From the NCBI GenBank assembly GCA_036490515.1, contig DASXDU010000039.1:4140-68139 (forward strand): a DNA stretch of 64,000 bases. The letters run 5' to 3'. The translations under genes and the position numbers were made by a program. Positions 57,182 through 64,000 of the stretch are shown here, one piece after another. The notes under the pieces were generated by a model that was not told where the DNA came from, did not search any database, and saw only the letters and a list, made by a program, of their open reading frames with translations. Origin of the DNA: Polyangiaceae bacterium (GTDB lineage: Bacteria > Myxococcota_A > Polyangia > Polyangiales > Polyangiaceae). Each line of letters opens with the position of its first letter. Within the stretch, counting starts at the first letter, position 1.

Positions 57182-58825
57182 CTACGCGCGAGGCAGGAGC
57201 TCCCGCAGCTCGCCGAGCCACGGCTCGTAGTTGCGCCAGCGTTCGACCGAGCTCCGGTAGACCGGCTGGCGCGCTTGCCAGCGGCTCGCCGTGCGAATCG
57301 TGTCGGCGTTGGCCTCGGGGCGCAGGCTGGCGTCGTCCCAGGGAAGCCCGCAGAACTCGATGAGGCGGCGCGCCATCGGCTCCGGCGCGGCCGTCGCCTC
57401 CTCGTAGTCGACGTCGAGGAACCGGTCGGCCGGAATGACGCTGCGCCAGTGCGCCATGAGGCGCTCGTACTGGCGATAGAAGGTCACGAGGTACTCGCGG
57501 TCGGCGGCGAAGGGCCAGTCGGAGACGAAGTGCGTGAAGTAGATCGAGAGGCACGTATCGACCGGGTGGCGCCGGCAATGAACGAACCGGGCCTTCGGAA
57601 ACAGGGTGTGAATCAGCCCGATCCACATGAAGTTGGGGGGATTCTTGTCGGTCACGCGGAGGGCGCGCGGGCCGACGCCGCGAAGGACGCGCAGGTAGTC
57701 GCGACGGAGGCGCTCGGCGCCGGCCGCGAGCTGCGCGTCGGACACGTCGATCCACGCGGGGGCGTTCTCCCCCCAGAACGTGAGCTCGCCGGCGCCGGCG
57801 ACGCGCGGGTGGCTCGAGACGATGCGCTCGAAGAGCGTCGTCCCCGAGCGCGGCAAGCCGAGGACGAAGACGGGGGTCTCGTCGTCGCTGCCGATGGACG
57901 CGCGCTCCGCGAAGTAGGCGGGCGTGTACCGCGCGATGAAGCGACCGACGAGGCTCGTCATGCCCCAGGCCTCGAAGGGTCGCAGCGATTTCCGGATGCG
58001 GTTGGCCGCGTCGAACTGCGCGATCGCGGACGCGTAGTCGCGCAGGTCGTCGAAGGCCTTGCCCGCCGCGAAGTGCAGCATCATCCGCTCGCGCGGCGTG
58101 AGGTCGGGCCCCTCGAGCCGCCGCAACGTCGCGTCGACGAGGGGACGGTCGGCGTCGGTGATCTTCTTCGACTCGATGAGCGCGAAGTACGCGTGCGACT
58201 GCGCGGGCGAGAGCTCGATGGCGCGCGTGAAGCTCGTCCGGGCCTCCTCGAAGCTCCCGGCCTGGGCCGACAGATGCCCGAAGGCCAGGTGCGCCTCGGA
58301 GACGGCGCGCCCGTCGTCGGGCCCCTTCGCCGGCCAGCGAACGAGCTCCTTGAGGAGCCGATCCGACTCGCCCATGCGGCCTCGCGCCGCGAGCGACTTG
58401 GCCCTCCAGAGGAGCCCGTGGGCCGTGCCCGACGCGGCAGCAGCGGCTCGCTCGTACGCCGTCGCGGCCTCGGCGCGCTGACCCCGCGCGTGGAGGATCT
58501 CCCCCACCCGCCCGTACGCCTCCGCGAGCCCGGGGTCGGCCTGCGTCGCGAGCCGGTACGCCGCGAGCGCTCCCTCGTCGTCCCCGGTCCAGGACCGCGC
58601 GATGCCTCGATCGAGGTGGAGCTTGCCCATCGACGGCTCGACGGCCGGCGAGCCGGGAGCGACGAGCGACACGGCGGACGCGAGGCCGACGGACGCCGGC
58701 GCGGACGCGGGCGCGAACGCCGCCGCCTTCGGCTTCGCGTTCGCGTTCGCCCCTCCGCAGCAGTGCTTGTACTTCCGTCCACTCCCGCAGGGGCACCGAT
58801 CGTTGCGCCCGGGCGACGCGCTCAT
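57182..58825 (-). CDS. SEC-C motif + TPR + sulfotransferase-domain protein
   Basis: Distal 547 codons of track ORF 57182..59632(-), ATG 58825. N-terminal NDRCPCGSGRKYKHCCG (SEC-C). TPR repeats follow. PAPS-binding loop is LGLPRSGTTL. Confidence 0.85.
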   Translation of the reverse strand: MSASPGRNDRCPCGSGRKYKHCCGGANANAKPKAAAFAPASAPASVGLASAVSLVAPGSPAVEPSMGKLHLDRGIARSWTGDDEGALAAYRLATQADPGLAEAYGRVGEILHARGQRAEAATAYERAAAAASGTAHGLLWRAKSLAARGRMGESDRLLKELVRWPAKGPDDGRAVSEAHLAFGHLSAQAGSFEEARTSFTRAIELSPAQSHAYFALIESKKITDADRPLVDATLRRLEGPDLTPRERMMLHFAAGKAFDDLRDYASAIAQFDAANRIRKSLRPFEAWGMTSLVGRFIARYTPAYFAERASIGSDDETPVFVLGLPRSGTTLFERIVSSHPRVAGAGELTFWGENAPAWIDVSDAQLAAGAERLRRDYLRVLRGVGPRALRVTDKNPPNFMWIGLIHTLFPKARFVHCRRHPVDTCLSIYFTHFVSDWPFAADREYLVTFYRQYERLMAHWRSVIPADRFLDVDYEEATAAPEPMARRLIEFCGLPWDDASLRPEANADTIRTASRWQARQPVYRSSVERWRNYEPWLGELRELLPRA

Positions 58826-58875
58826 CGGGGACAACCTACCACGGCGCCCGCGCTCGACTGCGGCAGAGCCCGAGC

Positions 58876-59475
58876 TCACCCGAGCAGGATGATCACGCCC
58901 TTCTCCACGAGGTGCTCGATCGCCCCCAGCGTGTCGATCGGGTTGAGGATCCCGATGTCGAGGATCGTCTGGATGCTCGACCGCCCGTCGAGCAGGGCGA
59001 GCAGCATGCTCGCGCGGCCGTCGAGCGTGAGCTGCGCGAGCGCCTCGTGCTGCAGGACGACGACCGGCACCTTGTCGAAGCTCCCGAAGCGCGCGAGGTA
59101 GTCCGCCTCGCCCACCGGCTCGAACGGCGTCGGCGGTCCGTCCGGGGACGCCGACGGCGCAGAGGCCGGCGGCGCGGCCGGCGCGGAAGGCGGCGGCGGG
59201 TGAATCATCGGCGAGGCCACAGCGGGCGGCGGCAGCGTCACCCCCGGCGGCGGCACCAGGTTCGTCGGCACGTTCGACTGCGGCGGCAGCGAGAACTTCG
59301 ACTTGATGCGCGCGGCCTCGAGCTCCACCTCGTCGGTGAACGTGGGCATCTCCGAGCGCGGCCCACCGCGCTCCGTGTCGACCTGCGACGCCGCGAGCGG
59401 ATCGTACGGCGGCCGATCCTTGTCCACCTGCGGGACGATGGTCGGGTGGTCGCTCGGGTGGTCGCTCCGCGGCAC
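58876..59475 (-). CDS. Hypothetical protein with Pro-rich centre
   Basis: 199-aa ORF. The C-terminal 70 aa are globular (VVVLQHEALAQLTLDGRASMLLALLDGRSSIQTILD). No family assigned with confidence. Confidence 0.55.
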   Translation of the reverse strand: MPRSDHPSDHPTIVPQVDKDRPPYDPLAASQVDTERGGPRSEMPTFTDEVELEAARIKSKFSLPPQSNVPTNLVPPPGVTLPPPAVASPMIHPPPPSAPAAPPASAPSASPDGPPTPFEPVGEADYLARFGSFDKVPVVVLQHEALAQLTLDGRASMLLALLDGRSSIQTILDIGILNPIDTLGAIEHLVEKGVIILLG

Positions 59476-59505
59476 AGCGCGAGTATAACGCGCGCGGCTC
59501 GCGGT

Positions 59506-60528
59506 TCAGCCGATCCGCGCGGTGCGCGTCCGGAGAAGGCCGATGATCTCGGTCTCGCTCATCCGGGCGGCCCCGAGGTGCACGTACCGCCGGGCCAGCC
59601 AGTCGTAGCGGCCGAGCATGAGCCAGAGCCACACGACGAAGAAATCCACCCCCTCGAAGACGAGGGCCTTCTCCTCGGCGTAGGTGGCGAGGTTACGCCG
59701 GAAGTCCTCCGGCATCTCCGTCCAGTGGCGGGTCTGCTTGATGTGGTGGCCGATGTGGTAGCCGTCGTTGAAGCAGCGCCGGTTGTAGCTCGAGTTGATG
59801 CAGGTGATGCTGTTCCGGTAGCAGTTCTCCGGGGCGCCGGCGTCGACGAACGCGTGCTGCGCCCAGTTGCCGGCCATCATCGCGAAGCGCGTGACGATGA
59901 ACGGCGCGACGAAGACGCACACGGTCGGCCGCCAGTCGTAGACGCAGAGCGCCGCCATCGCGCCGTAGAAGAGGAACTCGCCCAGGATGCAGCGGATCAT
60001 GAGCGAGCGCCGCCCCTTGCGCCGCAGGTACGCGGCGAGCTGCCCGAGCACGAGGAAGAAGAACGTCAGGAAGTAGTGGACGAACCCGAGGATGCTGTCG
60101 CGCTGGTAGCCCATGGTCGACGAGAGGTCGGCCTCGAGGTTGTTCTCGGGGTGGTGCATCCCGACGTGGTGCGCGAAGTACGTCTCGGGCGACTCGCCGA
60201 AGAACGGCCCGAGCACCCACGGGATGTAGTTGTTCATCCACTGCCAGGGGCGCTTGAAGAGGCGCCGGTGGCTCGTGTTGTGGAGCATCAGCACGAACGG
60301 CCCGAGGAAGTAGACGACGAGCACGAGGTGCACGGCCGCGAGCCACCACCGGAACTGCCCGGGCACGAAGAGGAGGACCCCCGTCGGCACGACCGTCAGC
60401 GTCAGCGTCGCCATCAGCGAGAGGAACGGCACGTCGCGCCGGTCGTGGATGAAGCGCTCCGCCGTGCGCTCGACGGGGCTCTCGGTAGCGGGCGCGCGGT
60501 ACGTCGGGTCGCTCAGCACGAGATCCAT
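59506..60528 (-). CDS. Membrane fatty-acid desaturase family protein
   Basis: 340-aa ORF. Three His boxes are present: HNTSHR, HHVGMHH, HIGHH. TM helices flank them. Confidence 0.88.
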   Translation of the reverse strand: MDLVLSDPTYRAPATESPVERTAERFIHDRRDVPFLSLMATLTLTVVPTGVLLFVPGQFRWWLAAVHLVLVVYFLGPFVLMLHNTSHRRLFKRPWQWMNNYIPWVLGPFFGESPETYFAHHVGMHHPENNLEADLSSTMGYQRDSILGFVHYFLTFFFLVLGQLAAYLRRKGRRSLMIRCILGEFLFYGAMAALCVYDWRPTVCVFVAPFIVTRFAMMAGNWAQHAFVDAGAPENCYRNSITCINSSYNRRCFNDGYHIGHHIKQTRHWTEMPEDFRRNLATYAEEKALVFEGVDFFVVWLWLMLGRYDWLARRYVHLGAARMSETEIIGLLRTRTARIG

Positions 60529-60652
60529 GGAGGACCTCGCTTGTACGATGGAATCGATCCGAGGGCGAGCAAGACCGCAGTGGCGAAACCGTGACGCGGT
60601 GCACTCCTCTACGCAGGGGAAACGAGAGGGGGAAACAGGAAGCGCCCTTCTC

Positions 60653-61072
60653 TCAGGAAGCGCCCTTCTCCGTCGGCTTACCGGCCTTTTCCCAGCCGTG
60701 GATGCCGGCGGGCATGATGTAGACCGACGTGTACCCGAGCTTTTCCGCCGCGACCGCGGCGGTATGGCAAGCGTGTCAAAGCTCGCTTGCGCAGTAGAAG
60801 ACGAGCGTCGCGCCCTTGTCGGCCGGTAGGTCGGCGGCGGTGACGTTGTCGTAGTCGAGCCACTTGGCGCCCGGGACGTGGCTCTTCTCGAAGCGGTCCT
60901 TCGGGTTGTTGTCGAAGACGTACGTCTTGCCGTCGTGGGCGGCGATGCGCGTCGCGACCTCGTCCACCGTCAACGACTTGAGGTCGGTCGACTTGGCGCA
61001 CCCCAGGGTGCCGACGCCCAGCGCGAGGCACGCGAGGATCGCGAAGAGGGAGAGGAGAACCCGTCGCGTCAT
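60653..61072 (-). CDS. Rhodanese-domain lipoprotein with in-frame TGA (60776-60778); candidate selenoprotein
   Basis: Track ORF 60776..61072(-) ends ...FYCASEL. The same frame continues HACHTAAVAAEKLGYTSVYIMPAGIHGWEKAGKPTEKGAS to the stop at 60653-60655, completing the rhodanese fold. Lipobox LGVGTLGC. Confidence 0.6.
60745..60762 (-). promoter_or_regulatory. SECIS-like hairpin 13 nt after TGA 60776-60778
   Basis: mRNA sequence CCGCCGC-GGUC-GCGGCGG, a perfect 7-bp stem. The apical GGUC begins 20 nt after the UGA. Confidence 0.45.
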
Positions 61073-61087
61073 GCGAGGGACCTTACC

Positions 61088-61945
61088 TCAAGAGTCGGGA
61101 CGCGTCCCGTCGCCACGGTAACGCGCCAGATCGAGGTGGAAGTGGTTGCGGTGCGCGGCGTTGAAGAACGGCGTGAGCACGTGCGAGAAGACGTCCTCGT
61201 CGAACGCGCGCCGCGAGATCGCGCGGAGGAACTGCCCCGCCGGCCGCTTCGGCGCGTCCTCGCCGAAGTCGAAGTCGCGCTGCACCTCGACGGCGACCCC
61301 GTTCTTCAGGACGAAGCGCGCGAGGTCGATGGCGTTCGCGTAGCTGTGTTCGCTCACCCACCCCGGATACGCGACGATCTCGCGGCAGCTGTACGTGCCG
61401 AGCTGCGTCACGCGCACGACGGGTGAGCGGAACGTGCGGAGGGCCTCCTCCTGGAGGATCTTCTCGAACGACGCCAGCGCGAGCGCCATCGTGCACGTGA
61501 GCAGCGGCGGCGGGTCGTAGGCGATCTCGCCGGGCCCGCGCCCGTAGACGACGACCTGCGGGGCGCCGCACGTGAGCTTGCCGTGGTGCTCCTCGTGCAC
61601 GGGAAGCGAGGCCGCGCGGCTGCGGATGCCGGCCGCCGCGAGCTTGCCCTCGCAGTCGTCGAGGAGATCGGGAGGGCCGACGACGTAGTCGTCGGAGGGG
61701 TCGACGTTGGCGTAGGCGCCGGGGCGGGGGGCGGGGGCGGGCGCGAGCGCGGGCGCGGGCGCGGGGGCGAGCGCGAGCGCGAGCGCGGGCGTGGGCGGGG
61801 GCGCGGGCGTGGGCGTGGGCGTGGGCGCGGGCGTGGGCGTGGGCGCGGGCGTGGGCGTGGACGCGGGCGTGGGCGCGAGCGCCGTGGGTCCTACCCCTGC
61901 GTCGCAGGCGGAGAGGACGACGACGGCCAGGATCGCAGCGCGCAT
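61088..61945 (-). CDS. Extensin-like C-terminal domain lipoprotein with long Pro-Ala/Thr linker
   Basis: Distal 285 codons of track ORF 61088..62281(-), ATG 61945 (MRAAILAVVVLSAC). The C-terminal region SEHSYANAIDL..F..N..H.NHFHLD is the extensin-like/DUF (peptidase-like) signature. Confidence 0.75.
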   Translation of the reverse strand: MRAAILAVVVLSACDAGVGPTALAPTPASTPTPAPTPTPAPTPTPTPAPPPTPALALALAPAPAPALAPAPAPRPGAYANVDPSDDYVVGPPDLLDDCEGKLAAAGIRSRAASLPVHEEHHGKLTCGAPQVVVYGRGPGEIAYDPPPLLTCTMALALASFEKILQEEALRTFRSPVVRVTQLGTYSCREIVAYPGWVSEHSYANAIDLARFVLKNGVAVEVQRDFDFGEDAPKRPAGQFLRAISRRAFDEDVFSHVLTPFFNAAHRNHFHLDLARYRGDGTRPDS

Positions 61946-62033
61946 GGGCGTCCCTACGGATGGACGCCCCCGATGGTCTTCGCATTCCAGCCACGTTGCG
62001 CGACGCAGGCGCTCGGTCACCCCAGTCGGTCGA

Positions 62034-62252
62034 TCAGGTTGCGACGCGCGCGCGGATCTCCGCCCACGGGACGCCCGCGCCCCCCGCCAGCGCCTCGCGT
62101 GCGCGCCGCTCGGCGAGCTCCAGCCATGCCTGGTCCGCTGCGGTGTCGGGGTCTCGTTCCAGGCTTGCGACGAGCTCGGCGGCGAGCTCCTCGCGCTCGT
62201 CGGAAGACAGCTCGAGGGCGCGTGAAAGCAAGTCGTGCGCGGCAGAGGACAT
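62034..62252 (-). CDS. Putative addiction-module antitoxin component (orphan)
   Basis: 72-aa protein. LLSRALELSSDEREELAAELVASL....AWLELAERRARE...G fits the putative addiction module component pattern. No toxin ORF follows. Confidence 0.6.
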   Translation of the reverse strand: MSSAAHDLLSRALELSSDEREELAAELVASLERDPDTAADQAWLELAERRAREALAGGAGVPWAEIRARVAT

Positions 62253-62330
62253 GCGCAAAGTCTATGCTCTGGGCTCATCACGAGCCAGGGGCGCTGCCCC
62301 TCGGCCAGGGGGGTCGCGCGCGGCTTCGGC

Positions 62331-63074
62331 TCAGCCGCCTTCGGGGGCGGCTCCGGCGTCGACGGCGCCCGCTCCGGCGCATACCGGTACCTCGCAGCCC
62401 CACGTGTCCGACGGATCGCACTCGCACGTCTCCTGCGACTGCCCGCAGGTGTTCGTGACGTCGAACGTGCACGACTGACCCACCGAGGAGCACTCGCTCA
62501 TCGGGGCGGGCGGCTGGGCAGGGCACGGCGGCGGGGGTGGGCAGTCGAGAGGCCCGCACGACCATCCGCCGTTCACGCACGAGCACGAGTCGCCCCCGCA
62601 CCCCTCCATGGTCGTGTACGCGCACTGGTAGCTCACGCTGCACGCGGTGCCCGGCGTCGGCTCGTTCAGCGGGCACGCGCACTCCGTCTCGGTGCCGACG
62701 CACGCCCAGGCGCCGTCGGAGCAGCTGCACTCGAAGCTCGCGCCCTGCTCGCAGTAGCTGCACGACTTGCCTTCGAACGAGCAGCTGCCCCCTTCCATCG
62801 CCGACGGGCACTCCCCCGCCCCGCCGCTGCTGCTTCCCCCGCTGCTTCCACCGCTCGAGCCGCCGCTGCTGCTCCCGCTGCTGCTTCCGCTGCTCCCGCC
62901 GGAGCTCGACGCGGTCCCCGAGCTCGAGCCGCTCGTCGAGCCGCTGCTCGATCCCGAAGGCTCCCCGGGGCCGCCGCCGGCGGTCTTGCCTCCGCACGCG
63001 ACCGCGCCCAGGGCGGCGAGGCCAAGACAGGAGACGACAAGGAAGGAAGACAGGCCTGTGCGGAGAGAGGTCAC
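62331..63074 (-). CDS. Lipoprotein with Ser/Gly linker and three 6-Cys modules
   Basis: Distal part of track ORF 62331..63644(-), GTG 63074 (VTSLRTGLSSFLVVSCLGLAALGAVAC). Each module begins CP and ends G(A/G)W(A/S/G)C. Confidence 0.65.
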   Translation of the reverse strand: MTSLRTGLSSFLVVSCLGLAALGAVACGGKTAGGGPGEPSGSSSGSTSGSSSGTASSSGGSSGSSSGSSSGGSSGGSSGGSSSGGAGECPSAMEGGSCSFEGKSCSYCEQGASFECSCSDGAWACVGTETECACPLNEPTPGTACSVSYQCAYTTMEGCGGDSCSCVNGGWSCGPLDCPPPPPCPAQPPAPMSECSSVGQSCTFDVTNTCGQSQETCECDPSDTWGCEVPVCAGAGAVDAGAAPEGG

Positions 63075-63327
63075 GGCGGCCCCCTCAGCGAGCGACGTGC
63101 CAGGGGCGCGGGCCCGATGCGCCGCGTCGTTCGCGTGCGGAAACACGGCACTTCGCGCGCTGGAGGAGGCCTTCCCCACACGCTCCGCCGTGCCACCGTG
63201 CGCCATGCGGGACCCTCCCGTCAGCATCGCGTCCGCGAAACGCCGGCGCAGGCCCCATCCGGGCGGCCCCCGCGCGGCGCCACGCCCTTCGTCCGCCGGT
63301 GGCACGCGCGTCGCTTTGAAGAGCACC

Positions 63328-64000
63328 ATGCGCGCTCCGTCCCTCCTCGCCGCGGCTGTCCTCGTTCTCGCCAGCAGCACGCTCGTCGCCAGCGGGTTGC
63401 TTGGCTGCGGCGGCGCGTTCGCTCCGCGCGATGCGAACGGCGACGCAGGGGACGACGCCGGCGGCCACGACGCCGGCCCCACCGGCGACGCGAGCCCGGA
63501 TCCCGACGGCGGCGGCGGCGATGCGAGCAACGACGCATCGCCCGCCCCCTGGAGCAGCGTGTGCCCCGCGTCCCTCCCCGCCATCGGCAGCGCGTGCTCG
63601 CTCGAGAACGTCGAGTGCGAGTACGGCTCCGCGTGGTGGAGCATCTCGTGCGACGCCGTCGTCCAGTGCTCCGCCGGCGCATGGACGAAGGAGCAGCCGA
63701 GCTACACGCCGTGCAGCGCGCAGCCCGGCCCGAACGCGCCGTCCTGCCCTGCCACCTACGCGTCCGTGCCCACGGGCACGAGCTGCGACGCCACCGGCCT
63801 CCGGTGCGTCTACGGCCAGGGGCTCTGCACGTGCGACGTCCCGCTCGGGGGCCCCATCCTCATCGACGGCGGCACCGGCTCCTGGGGCTGCGTCCCCGAG
63901 AACGGCTGCCCCTTCCCGCGGCCTCGCCTCGGCAGCCCGTGCGACGGCTCCTCCGCGACGAGCACGTGCACGTACGAGGAGTGCTCCTACGGGCAGAGCT
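63328..64000 (+). CDS. Lipoprotein with the same 6-Cys modules (partial, runs off window)
   Basis: Not in the track because there is no stop before the window end. ATG 63328 gives MRAPSLLAAAVLVLASSTLVASGLLGC, an Asp/Gly linker, then CPASLPAIGSACS..C.Y....C...C..G.W modules. Confidence 0.6.
   Translation, partial: MRAPSLLAAAVLVLASSTLVASGLLGCGGAFAPRDANGDAGDDAGGHDAGPTGDASPDPDGGGGDASNDASPAPWSSVCPASLPAIGSACSLENVECEYGSAWWSISCDAVVQCSAGAWTKEQPSYTPCSAQPGPNAPSCPATYASVPTGTSCDATGLRCVYGQGLCTCDVPLGGPILIDGGTGSWGCVPENGCPFPRPRLGSPCDGSSATSTCTYEECSYGQS

Overview
This is a high-GC (about 70%) chromosomal segment whose gene content looks like Myxococcota, probably Polyangia. It has many lipoproteins with Pro/Ala linkers, two PEGA-type Ser/Thr kinases and Cys-rich secreted proteins. 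I support about 58 CDS. Housekeeping anchors are mnmA, tilS-ftsH and gap-pgk-tpiA-secG. I found no rRNA, intact tRNA, CRISPR, transposase or integrase. Many long ORFs in the track are off-frame or antisense artefacts of the GC content and are rejected.

Main second-look items:
- **Recoding candidates.** Two genes carry an in-frame TGA followed 18-20 nt later by a GC stem with a GGUC apical loop, which is bacterial SECIS-like geometry. One is a rhodanese-domain lipoprotein (60653-61072) and the other an outer-membrane beta-barrel (39033-39794). Both are candidate selenoproteins that gene callers would truncate.
- **Orphan T6SS-type accessory module (42048-50792).** It holds a DUF4150 PAAR-like protein, a tandem DUF2169 fused to pentapeptide repeats, a DUF3540-like protein and a second pentapeptide protein. 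There is no vgrG, hcp or tss gene in the window. The module is operonic with an OM-barrel protein and a beta-propeller lipoprotein.
- **Fam20-like kinase.** A secreted Fam20/Golgi-casein-kinase-like lipoprotein lies at 2806-3807.
- **Hexamer repeat family.** The GGCGCG/GCCCGC hexamer occurs as a perfect 20-unit intergenic array (57041-57160), as a degenerate intergenic array (29165-29242), and as Pro-Ala linker coding sequence in four genes.
- **Repeat-rich, gene-poor island (32443-34197).** It holds a 9-bp x10 tandem repeat, a tRNA-like T-arm/acceptor fragment, and 40-bp direct repeats flanking a single lipoprotein gene.
- **Shared motif.** An inverted-repeat element (55876-56033) has an arm whose 19-mer recurs identically at 60624-60642, upstream of a second gene.
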